A DNA stretch of 64,000 bases, taken from Rhodospirillales bacterium. GTDB lineage: Bacteria; Pseudomonadota; Alphaproteobacteria; Rhodospirillales; UBA2165. The stretch is from assembly GCA_030745835.1 (NCBI GenBank), contig JASLNU010000016.1:40945-104944 (forward strand), given 5' to 3'. The notes beneath the pieces are model-generated. The model worked only from the letters and a program-made list of their open reading frames with translations, had not been told where the DNA came from and made no database searches. Shown here one piece after another: positions 56,155-64,000 of the stretch (position 1 is its first letter; the number at the start of each line of letters is the position of its first letter). The translations under genes and the position numbers were made by a program.

Positions 56155-59100
56155 ATGGCGGATCAACCGCTGAAACGCAGGCTGGCGGCGATCCTGGCCG
56201 CCGACGTGGCCGGTTATACGGCGCGCATGGAAGCCGACACCGACGGCACCGTCGCCGCCTGGCAGGATGCCCGTGAAAAAATCGTAAAACCAAATGTCGC
56301 CGGTTATTCCGGCAACATCGTCAAGCTCACCGGCGACGGCTTCCTGGTCGAGTTTCCGACCGTCCAGGACGCCGTCAACTGCGCCATCGCCATGCAGCAG
56401 GAATTGGCATCCCACAGCCTTGAATTCCGGATGGGCGTCAATCTCGGCGATATCGTCGATGACGGCGAGGATATCCACGGCGAGGGGGTCAATGTGGCGG
56501 CACGGCTTGAAGCCCTGGCCGAAGCCGGCGGCATCTGCATCTCGGGCATGGTCTACGAATCGATCCGCAACCGGATCGAAGCCGTCTTCGAGGACCGCGG
56601 CGAGCAGCAGGTGAAGAACGTTTCGGCGCCGGTGCGGGTCTATGACATCCGCTTGCATGGCCCCGCCGCCGGCCCCGATCCCGCCGCCCCTGGCGCCGCC
56701 GCCGATATCGCCGATACCGACAAACCCTCCCTCGCCGTGCTGCCCTTCGAGAATTTATCGGCGGACCCGGAGCAGGAATATTTCTCCGACGGCATGACCG
56801 AGGACATCATCACGGCGTTGTCGCGAATTCGCTGGTTTTTTGTCATCGCCCGAAATTCGAGCTTTGCCTACAAGGGCAGGAATGCGGACCTGCGCGATGT
56901 CGCGGCCGAGCTTGGCGTCCGTTACATTATCGAGGGCAGCCTGCGCACGGCGGGCAACCGGATTCGCCTCACGGCTGAGCTTGTCGATGGAACGAATGGT
57001 GCTCAAATCTGGTCGGAACGCTTCGATCGGGATATCGAGGACATGTTCGATCTGCAGGACGAATTGACGCAAACCATCGTCGCCGCCATCGAGCCGCAAT
57101 TGGGCCGCGCCGAGCAGGAAAGGGCGAAGCTCAAAAAACCCGGCACGCTCGGCGTCTGGGATATTTATCAGCGCGGCATGCACGAGCTGCACCGGCTTAC
57201 CGAGGACAGTCTCGCCGCCGCCGAGGCGACGCTTACCACCGTCACCGAAACCGATCCGGTTTTCGCTGCCGCCCATGCGGGGCTGGCCGAAGTTCACTTT
57301 TACAATCTCGTTCTCGGTTTCGTCGGCGAGCCCGATGCGTCGCGTGAAAAAGCGCTTTCCGCCGGCCGCCGCGCGGTAGAGCTCGATCAGGAAGACGCCA
57401 ATGCCCACTGCGCGTTGGGGCGGGCCTATACCGTCAACAGGATGTTCGACGACGCCATCCCCGAATTTGAAACGACGCTAGACATCAACCCCAGCCATTC
57501 TCTCGCCCATTATGGGTTGGGTTCGGCACACTTATACATGGGCTCGCCGAAAGCCAGCCTGCAGCATTTGGATACGGCTATTCGCCTGAGCCCGCAGGAT
57601 ACGAACCTTGGCTCATTCTTCGTGCGCAAGGCGCAGGCACATCTTTATCTGCAAGAGCACGTGGAAGCGGTTGACTGGGCCCGGCGCGCGCTCCGGCTGC
57701 CCAACTTCCAATGGTCGCGCTACGTCATGCTGATCTCGGCCCTTGGACATCTCGGCCGCGCCGACGAAGCGGCACCGGCGATCGAAGAGCTGATGCGGCG
57801 CGTGCCGAATTTTTCCAGGCAATATGCCTTGGATTACTCGCCGTGGCTGGATGACGATTATTTTAGGCATCTGGCGGACGGCCTCGAGAAGGCGGGTTTG
57901 CCGGAACCTACATCCGCCGAAGAAGCCGCCGAGCCGCCGGCGCTTCCCGACAAACCCTCGATCGCCGTGCTGCCCTTCGACAACCTGTCGGGCGATGCGG
58001 AGCAGGAATATTTCAGTGACGGGATAACAGAAGACATCATCACCGACCTTTCCAAGGTCTCGGCGCTTTTCGTCATCGCCCGAAATTCAACCTTCACCTA
58101 CAAGGGCAAGGCGGTGGATGTGAAGCAGGTGGCGGCCGAGATGGCGGTCCGCTACGTGGTCGAGGGCAGCGTCCGCAAGGCGGCAAACCGGGTCCGCATC
58201 ACCGCACAGTTGATCGACGGAAGCACCGGCGGACATGTTTGGGCCGACCGCTATGACCGCGAGCTCACCGACATATTCGAGGTCCAGGACGAGGTCACGC
58301 GCAATATCGTCGATTCCCTGAAGGTCGTGCTTAGCCCCGATGAAGACGCCCGCATCGGCGGCAAGGGCACTCGCAATATGGAAGCCTACGATATTGCGCT
58401 CCGGGCACGTGACCTTATCTGGCGATTTACCGCCGAAACGAACGCGGAAGCTTTAGTCATGCTCAAAAAGGCGGTTGAGTTGGATCCGAAGTTCAGCTTG
58501 GCCCAATCCGGATTATCGCTGCTGCTTTCCACCGACTATGTCAATGGGTGGAACGAAGCAACCTACGAGACCCTTGAGGAATGCCTTGATCTGGCAAGAC
58601 TTGCCATCGAACTCGACGCAACAGACCCACAGGGTTATTGGGCACTAGCCGTCGCATTTATGTGGAAACGAGATTTGGATAGGGCAAATTTGGAAATTGA
58701 ACGCGCCATAGCGCTAGATACGAATTTGGCTTCTGCATATGCGATCCAAGGAAACATACTTGGCTTTGCAGGACGTCCGGTCGAAGCAATGGCGAGCTTG
58801 GAAAAAGCCATGAGTCTGGACCCGCAGTTTCCCGATATTTATTTGCATCTTCTTGGGCACAGTCTTCTGCTGCAAGGCAAATACGAGGATGCTGCAGAAC
58901 ATCTTAGAAGTCGGATCCGCCGGTTTCCTGAGACCGACATTTCACGGGTGTTGCTGGCATCCTGTTACGGTCATCTCGGCCAGAAGGATGCGGCGGAAAA
59001 AGTGTGGCAGGAGCTTTTGCTTGGCCATCCCGATTTTTCGCTGGAGAACAAGGAGCGGGTCCAGCCCTACAAAAATCCGGCCGATTGGGAACATATCCTA

Positions 59101-60351
59101 GACGGCCTTCGCAAGGCCAGGCTGCCGGAACCGGCGCCCGCCGAAGAGGCGCCGCCAACCCTCCCCGACAAACCCTCGATCGCCGTGCTGCCGTTCGACA
59201 ACCTGTCGGGCGACGCCGAGCAGGAATATTTTTCCGACGGTATATCGGAAGACATCATCACCGCGCTCAGCCGCATCCGGACATTCTTCGTTATCGCCCG
59301 CAACACCACCTTTACCTACAAGGGGCAGGCCGTGGATGTGCAGGCCATCGCCAAGGATCTGGGTGTCCGCTACGTGCTCGAAGGCAGCGTGCGCAAAGCC
59401 GGCAACCGGGTGCGCATCTCGGCCCAGTTAATCGATGGTGAGACCGGCAATCATCTGTGGGCAGAGAAATACGACCGCGAGCTGGAAGACATATTTGCCG
59501 TCCAGGACGAGATCACGCAAACGGTTGTCGGTTCGCTACAGCCAGAACTCGGTAAAGCAGAACAGCAGATTTCCCGGAGGAAGAAGTCGGAAAATCTAAA
59601 TGCCTGGGAATGTTTCCAGAGGGCGATGTGGTACATAGACCAGCGAAATCTGACCAGTATCGCAGAAGCGCGTATTTGGTTTCGGCGCGCGACGGAGATC
59701 GATCCTGAATTTGGTGATGGCTATGCGGGTTTTGCATGGACGTATCAGCTAGGCGTTTTAATGGGAGAGGAGGATCAGGATGCCGAAGAAGCCGAGCAGG
59801 CTGCTCGGCGCGCATTGCAGATCGATAACAACAGTCCAACGGCGCATTTAGCCTTTGGTGCTGTTTCCGTCATTCAACGGAATCACCCGGTGGCAATCGA
59901 ACATTTGAATAAAGCCATAGAATTGAACCCGAGCTATTCCCAGGCGCACCATCTTCTATCACGGTCATATTCCCATTCCGGCAACCCCAAAGAGGGGCTG
60001 TTTCATGGGCACGAAGCGGTAAGATTGAGCCCCAATGATCCGACCCTGGGAGGATTTTATGCCGCGATTTCTTTGGCCCACCTTTATCTGCGAGAGCACG
60101 AAGAGGCCGTTATTTGGGCCCGAAAATCATTAGATGCCCCGGGTTTCGGGGCTATGACCTTCCCATTTCTGATATCCGCACTTGGACATCTCGGTCGTTT
60201 GCCGGAGGCAGAGGTGATCATCGCAGAGTTTCGAAAACTCCACCCAAGGGCAAATTATGCGTTCTTCCGCGACGATTTCCCAACATCGGACGAAGCTTGT
60301 TTAGAACACCTGATTAACGGTCTCCGCAAGGCCGGGTTGCCGGATAGCTGA
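56155..60351 (+). CDS. Class III adenylate/guanylate cyclase fused to three tandem (TolB-N-like + TPR) modules
   Basis: 1398 aa. The N-terminal cyclase domain has 'LAAILAADVAGYTARM', 'KLTGDGFLVEF' and 'GEGVNVAARLE'. It is followed by three ~400-aa repeats, each starting 'DKPS[LI]AVLPF[ED]NLS.D.EQEYFSDG' and ending '...GL[ER]KA.LP[ED]'. Confidence 0.85.
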   Translation: MADQPLKRRLAAILAADVAGYTARMEADTDGTVAAWQDAREKIVKPNVAGYSGNIVKLTGDGFLVEFPTVQDAVNCAIAMQQELASHSLEFRMGVNLGDIVDDGEDIHGEGVNVAARLEALAEAGGICISGMVYESIRNRIEAVFEDRGEQQVKNVSAPVRVYDIRLHGPAAGPDPAAPGAAADIADTDKPSLAVLPFENLSADPEQEYFSDGMTEDIITALSRIRWFFVIARNSSFAYKGRNADLRDVAAELGVRYIIEGSLRTAGNRIRLTAELVDGTNGAQIWSERFDRDIEDMFDLQDELTQTIVAAIEPQLGRAEQERAKLKKPGTLGVWDIYQRGMHELHRLTEDSLAAAEATLTTVTETDPVFAAAHAGLAEVHFYNLVLGFVGEPDASREKALSAGRRAVELDQEDANAHCALGRAYTVNRMFDDAIPEFETTLDINPSHSLAHYGLGSAHLYMGSPKASLQHLDTAIRLSPQDTNLGSFFVRKAQAHLYLQEHVEAVDWARRALRLPNFQWSRYVMLISALGHLGRADEAAPAIEELMRRVPNFSRQYALDYSPWLDDDYFRHLADGLEKAGLPEPTSAEEAAEPPALPDKPSIAVLPFDNLSGDAEQEYFSDGITEDIITDLSKVSALFVIARNSTFTYKGKAVDVKQVAAEMAVRYVVEGSVRKAANRVRITAQLIDGSTGGHVWADRYDRELTDIFEVQDEVTRNIVDSLKVVLSPDEDARIGGKGTRNMEAYDIALRARDLIWRFTAETNAEALVMLKKAVELDPKFSLAQSGLSLLLSTDYVNGWNEATYETLEECLDLARLAIELDATDPQGYWALAVAFMWKRDLDRANLEIERAIALDTNLASAYAIQGNILGFAGRPVEAMASLEKAMSLDPQFPDIYLHLLGHSLLLQGKYEDAAEHLRSRIRRFPETDISRVLLASCYGHLGQKDAAEKVWQELLLGHPDFSLENKERVQPYKNPADWEHILDGLRKARLPEPAPAEEAPPTLPDKPSIAVLPFDNLSGDAEQEYFSDGISEDIITALSRIRTFFVIARNTTFTYKGQAVDVQAIAKDLGVRYVLEGSVRKAGNRVRISAQLIDGETGNHLWAEKYDRELEDIFAVQDEITQTVVGSLQPELGKAEQQISRRKKSENLNAWECFQRAMWYIDQRNLTSIAEARIWFRRATEIDPEFGDGYAGFAWTYQLGVLMGEEDQDAEEAEQAARRALQIDNNSPTAHLAFGAVSVIQRNHPVAIEHLNKAIELNPSYSQAHHLLSRSYSHSGNPKEGLFHGHEAVRLSPNDPTLGGFYAAISLAHLYLREHEEAVIWARKSLDAPGFGAMTFPFLISALGHLGRLPEAEVIIAEFRKLHPRANYAFFRDDFPTSDEACLEHLINGLRKAGLPDS
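56719..60348 (+). repeat. Three tandem intragenic repeat units of about 1.2 kb (56719-57948, 57949-59166, 59167-60348)
   Basis: Unit boundaries are set by the recurring 'gacaaaccctc' (DKPS) at 56719, 57949 and 59167. The first ~75 nt of units 2 and 3 are roughly 90% identical by eye. Confidence 0.8.
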
Positions 60352-60412
60352 AATGCCGCACGGCTCGGTGGCAGCCATGCGCCCCTAATCGATCTGCAAT
60401 AGCTTTCTGGCG

Positions 60413-61237
60413 CTATAGGGTCATCAGGTCTTCGCCGATGGTCAGCGGCCCGGAATAATCGCGGCCGATGATCTCGCGCAATTCTTCCGCTATCGAGATC
60501 GGATTCATGTGCGAGGTGACCAGCAGTTTGGGCGCCGCGTCGCGGGCCACCATGCCGATCTGTTCGGGAAAGGTGTGATAGAGCGCCATCGCTTCAAGCC
60601 TTTGCTCGGCGCTTTCCCATCCCGATCCCGGAATGAAGGGCATTTTCGCGGCATGCATGCATTCATGCACCAGAAGATCGGCGCCATGGGCATGCTTGAC
60701 CAGGTTCTCGCAAGGCCGCGTATCACCGGACAGGACGATGCCCCGATCCTTGGCATCGAAACGGAAGCCGAAGGCGTAATCGATGGGCGGGTGTTCGACG
60801 CGAAAGGCGGTGACCTTCAATCCGTCCAATTCGAGGACCTCGCCCTCATCGAATTCATGGACGATGACCTCCGGCAACGGGCGCGCCGTGCCCTGGTGCG
60901 CGACGCGAATTTTCAGATCGTATTCGTGCAGGCGCATGATATTTTCGATCATCTCCTTCTGGCGCGGCGGGCCATAGACATTGAGCGGCCTGTCGTCGCC
61001 GAATATCCAGCGGGTAATGATGAAATGGTCGAGATCGATATAATGATCGGAATGGTGATGGGTGATCAGGAGATGATTAATCTCGGGCGGCCGTATCCCG
61101 GTTTCGTGGAGCCGGGTGACGACCCCGGAGCCGCAATCGACGAGGATGTTTTCGGCGCCGGCGTGGATCACCTGGGACGGCCCGCGGCGGTCGGGGTTGG
61201 GCGTCGGGGTGCCGGTGCCGAGAAGCGTTATCTGCAT
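60413..61237 (-). CDS. MBL-fold metallo-hydrolase (RNase Z/arylsulfatase-like)
   Basis: 274 aa with 'MQITLLGTGTP' and the metal motif 'ITHHHSDHYIDL'. Confidence 0.8.
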   Translation of the reverse strand: MQITLLGTGTPTPNPDRRGPSQVIHAGAENILVDCGSGVVTRLHETGIRPPEINHLLITHHHSDHYIDLDHFIITRWIFGDDRPLNVYGPPRQKEMIENIMRLHEYDLKIRVAHQGTARPLPEVIVHEFDEGEVLELDGLKVTAFRVEHPPIDYAFGFRFDAKDRGIVLSGDTRPCENLVKHAHGADLLVHECMHAAKMPFIPGSGWESAEQRLEAMALYHTFPEQIGMVARDAAPKLLVTSHMNPISIAEELREIIGRDYSGPLTIGEDLMTL

Positions 61238-61291
61238 GTATTCCGTTCCTTGTGGTGTGCTCTTGGGGGCTGCCGGTAAATACCACCCCCA

Positions 61292-62221
61292 CTAATCCAT
61301 CTTCAACAGCTTCCTGGCGTTGCCGGAGAATATCTTGTCCTTGTCTTCGGGGTCCAAGTCCATCTCCTCGATCAGCGCAATGCCGCGTTCCTTCAGGACA
61401 TCCAAAGGCGGGGCGTCGGTGCCGAAGATGATGTGATCGGCGCCGACGGTTTCGATGGCGCAGCGCGCCGCCGGGGGGTGGTAGCTGACGCAATCGAGAT
61501 AGGTCATTTTCAAATACTCGCTGGGCTTTTTGTTGATCAGCATCGGCTCGTAGGAGCCTAGGAAATAGGCTTCTTCCTGTAATTCATAGGCGTAATCCAT
61601 GCGCCCGATCATTTCCGAGATGCCGCCGCCGAGATGGGTGCAGACCAGCTTCAGGGTCGGGAATTTCTCGTAGATGCCGCGCACGATCAATCTCGATAGG
61701 GCCAGGGCCAGGTCCATCGGCCGGCCGATGGACGACGCCAGGCGGTAGTCCCGCAATCGTTCCTCGCCGAAGCCGACCGAGGGCGGGTGCATCATCACCG
61801 GGATATCGAGCCTGGTCACCAGTTCGAAAAACGGCAATGCGTCGTCGTCGTCGGGGTAATGGCCGGGCACGCTCGACATGATCATCACGCCCTTGAGCCC
61901 GTCCTCGGTGACCGCCCGCTCCAACTCCTTCAAAATCTCGTCGCCGCCCGACGGCAGGCAGCAGGCGAGGGCGGCCAGCTTATCTGGATATTTGGCCTGG
62001 GTTTCGGCGAAGAATTTGTTGTAGTCGCGGATTTCCCGCAGCCGGTCGGCCGGGCCGAGCTCGCCGAGGCCGTGCAGGGAGTTGGAGATGACGATGAAAT
62101 CGACCTGCGTGCGTTCCTGCGCCGCCAGCACCCTTTCCAGCGCCATCGGGCATTTGCCCTGCCAGCGGGGATGGTCCGCATATTTGGGCGGATGCACGTG
62201 GTTGTGGAAATCGATAATCAT
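61292..62221 (-). CDS. Amidohydrolase-2 (ACMSD-type decarboxylase/hydratase) family protein
   Basis: 309 aa with 'MIIDFHNHV' (HxH metal motif) and distal 'IIFGTDAP'. Confidence 0.75.
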   Translation of the reverse strand: MIIDFHNHVHPPKYADHPRWQGKCPMALERVLAAQERTQVDFIVISNSLHGLGELGPADRLREIRDYNKFFAETQAKYPDKLAALACCLPSGGDEILKELERAVTEDGLKGVMIMSSVPGHYPDDDDALPFFELVTRLDIPVMMHPPSVGFGEERLRDYRLASSIGRPMDLALALSRLIVRGIYEKFPTLKLVCTHLGGGISEMIGRMDYAYELQEEAYFLGSYEPMLINKKPSEYLKMTYLDCVSYHPPAARCAIETVGADHIIFGTDAPPLDVLKERGIALIEEMDLDPEDKDKIFSGNARKLLKMD

Positions 62222-62256
62222 CGGCTTGTCTCCGTGGCGGCGCGCCGGCTCACATT

Positions 62257-63261
62257 TTAAGCCTTGAAGCGCGGATAGAGTTTTTCGGCGTTGCCGCCGA
62301 GGATGGCGTCGCGCTCCGCTTGGCTGAGGAAATCGATTTCCTCGATGGTGGTCTTGATGTCGTCCCAGTCGCGCCCGGTGGCTTCGTTGAAGGCCGAGCC
62401 CGAGCCCGGTTTTTCGGTGCCGAACAGGCAGCGATCGGCGCCGACCAGGCCGAACAATAGTTCGAGCGACGGCTTGTAGTGGATGCAGGTATCGTAATAG
62501 AGCCGTTTCAGGCTTTCGCTGAACGTTTCCTTCAATTCCTGATTATTGGCATATGTGGGCAGGCCGCGTTCGGCTTCCCAGCGGCCCATCTGATAGGGGA
62601 CGCTGCCGCCGCCATGGCCGACGATAATCTTGAGATCGGGGAAATCCAGGAACACGCGGCTGGCCAGCAGCGACAGGGTGGCGATCGATTCTTCGGTGAT
62701 GAAGTGCCCGGAATAGCTTTCCCGTTCGTTGCAGCAGCTCGACGAATGGATCAGCGCCGGAATATCGAGCTCGCACATTTTCTCGTAGACCGGATACCAG
62801 TAGGCATCGCCGAGCGCCGGCGTCGTGTTCCAGCCTTCGCTGGGATCTGGATTGAGCAATAGCCCGACGAAGCCGAGCTCGCCGACGCAGCGGTCGATCT
62901 CGGCCAGCCAGTCCTTGGGCTCGGTGCCCGGCGCCTGCGGCATCGAACCGACGCCGCGGAAGCGGTCGGGCCGGGTTTCGCAGACCCGGGCGATGACGTC
63001 GTTGGTGGCCCAGGTGTAATATTGGACGATCTTGGCCGGCTTTTGCGAATGCATCATCTGGAACGGGCGCGGCGAAATGAACTGCACGTCGGTGCCGACG
63101 CTTTCCTGGATCTTGACGTTGTTTTCGGTGCTGGCGGCGATCTTTTCGTCGGCGATCTTGGGCGGGTTGTACCCCGTTGCGCCGGCGTTGGCGATCAGGT
63201 TGCCTTTGTAGGCATATAGGTCCATCGGCGCCACCACATGGGCATGGCAATCGATAATCAT
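62257..63261 (-). CDS. Amidohydrolase-2 family protein (LigJ/gamma-resorcylate-decarboxylase-like)
   Basis: 334 aa with 'MIIDCHAHV', 'VGHGGG' and 'LFGTEKP'. Confidence 0.75.
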   Translation of the reverse strand: MIIDCHAHVVAPMDLYAYKGNLIANAGATGYNPPKIADEKIAASTENNVKIQESVGTDVQFISPRPFQMMHSQKPAKIVQYYTWATNDVIARVCETRPDRFRGVGSMPQAPGTEPKDWLAEIDRCVGELGFVGLLLNPDPSEGWNTTPALGDAYWYPVYEKMCELDIPALIHSSSCCNERESYSGHFITEESIATLSLLASRVFLDFPDLKIIVGHGGGSVPYQMGRWEAERGLPTYANNQELKETFSESLKRLYYDTCIHYKPSLELLFGLVGADRCLFGTEKPGSGSAFNEATGRDWDDIKTTIEEIDFLSQAERDAILGGNAEKLYPRFKA

Positions 63262-63396
63262 AGCTTTGATTCTCCTTTGGTATTTTTAAAGTTGGCGTTC
63301 GTGTTGGAGAGTTGGCGCCGGATCATTTCGTGCCGGCCGTTTCATCCCTGTTTCTCAAGGGATGATTTTAGGCAGGTCTTTTGGCTGTTTGCAAAT

Positions 63397-64000
63397 TCAG
63401 GCTCCGCCGGGCTTCGCGCCCTCGATGCACCGCTCCCGCCACAGATCCCGCACCGCCGCCAGGAAATCGGCGGCGAAGCCCGGGCCGTCGCAGATCGGGC
63501 TTGCCGCCAGTCGGCTACGGAGGCCGGCGCGAAGGCCGGCCAGGCGCTCGGTATCGCCGGCAAGCTTCACCGCCAGTTCCCGATAGCCGTCCAAGTCATC
63601 GGCGATCAGTTCGTTGAGACCCATCGCCGAGAGATGGCCGGCGGCGTGCCGCCCGGCGCAGGATTTGCCAGGGAAGGTTATCATCGGGACACCCATCCAC
63701 AAGGCTTCCAGGGTGGTCAGCCCGCCCGAATAGGGAAAAGTGTCGAGGCTTAAATCGACCATATTGTAACGGCCGAGAAAATCCCCATGCGGCGCGCTGC
63801 CGAGGATGGTGATGCGGTCCGGCGAAATACCTCCGGCGCCAAATTCATCGATGATGCGAGAGACGTTGGCCGCGTCGTCCATGCCGCCATATCCCAGGAT
63901 CAACCGGGAATCTGGAACGGCGGCGAATATCCGGGACCAGGCGTCCAGCACCATGCCGTTGATTTTTCTTGGCTGGCTGAGGCAGCCGAAAGTTATGTGG
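63397..64000 (-). CDS. C-terminal part of a GT41-like (O-GlcNAc-transferase/SPINDLY-type) glycosyltransferase; N-terminus lies outside the window
   Basis: 'LSLDTFPYSGGLTTLEALWMGVPMITFPG' is the typical GT41 C-terminal catalytic-lobe motif. The frame stays open to the window edge. Confidence 0.6.
   Translation of the reverse strand, partial: HITFGCLSQPRKINGMVLDAWSRIFAAVPDSRLILGYGGMDDAANVSRIIDEFGAGGISPDRITILGSAPHGDFLGRYNMVDLSLDTFPYSGGLTTLEALWMGVPMITFPGKSCAGRHAAGHLSAMGLNELIADDLDGYRELAVKLAGDTERLAGLRAGLRSRLAASPICDGPGFAADFLAAVRDLWRERCIEGAKPGGA

Noticed and set aside
56719-60348. CRISPR-like or VNTR interpretation of the 1.2-kb periodicity
   Set aside because: The repeats are in-frame coding modules of one long ORF with diverged sequence. 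They do not have the short repeat/spacer architecture of a CRISPR array.
1-64000. Search for transposases, integrases, phage genes, tRNA/rRNA, CRISPR arrays and known defence-system hallmarks
   Set aside because: None was recognised in any frame by eye. SMC is the housekeeping condensin (full-length, in chromosomal context), not a defence-type SMC/ATPase.

Overview
High-GC chromosomal segment that looks alphaproteobacterial, probably Rhodospirillales-like. Two things support this: the F0 gene order atpI-a-c-b'-b, and a form II RuBisCO that by eye is very close to Rhodospirillum rubrum CbbM. No searches or computations were run, so every family call comes from reading motifs.

Layout:
(1) 1-17.4 kb is an accessory-looking block. 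A CoA-transferase tail and an acyl-CoA ligase sit on the + strand. On the - strand there is a 14-gene, tightly overlapping cluster: four more adenylating enzymes, a Liv-type ABC importer, an alpha/beta hydrolase, a small HTH-like protein, and three divergent QueG/RdhA-like Fe-S paralogs around a PaaK-type ligase.
(2) 17.5-19.8 kb carries a DMT transporter, two small translationally coupled ORFs and a TauD-like dioxygenase.
(3) 19.85-20.34 kb is a strongly AT-rich island.
(4) 20.3-35.7 kb is an oxidative-type dsr cluster, dsrABEFHCMK-L-L-JOP-(TrpD-like)-N. It has a tandem dsrL pair and a 274-nt nested-hairpin element between dsrO and dsrP.
(5) 35.7-39.8 kb carries a LuxR/NarL-type regulator that lacks the phospho-acceptor Asp, followed by cbbF-cbbP-cbbM.
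(6) 39.9-55.4 kb carries a Tup-like ABC transporter, a GMC oxidoreductase, ATP synthase F0, smc, dsbA, a DUF721/DciA-like gene, mutY, an orphan flagellin-like protein, yqgE and a methyltransferase.
(7) 55.4-56.15 kb is a repeat-rich non-coding gap. It is followed by a 1398-aa class III cyclase carrying three tandem ~400-aa sensor modules.
(8) 60.4-64 kb carries an MBL hydrolase, two amidohydrolase-2 proteins and a truncated GT41-like glycosyltransferase.

I saw no rRNA, tRNA, CRISPR array, transposase or integrase.

The best candidates for undescribed biology are the QueG-like trio module, the dsrO-dsrP structured element that sequesters the dsrP start, the extra genes in the dsr cluster (second dsrL, TrpD-like), and the tripled cyclase.
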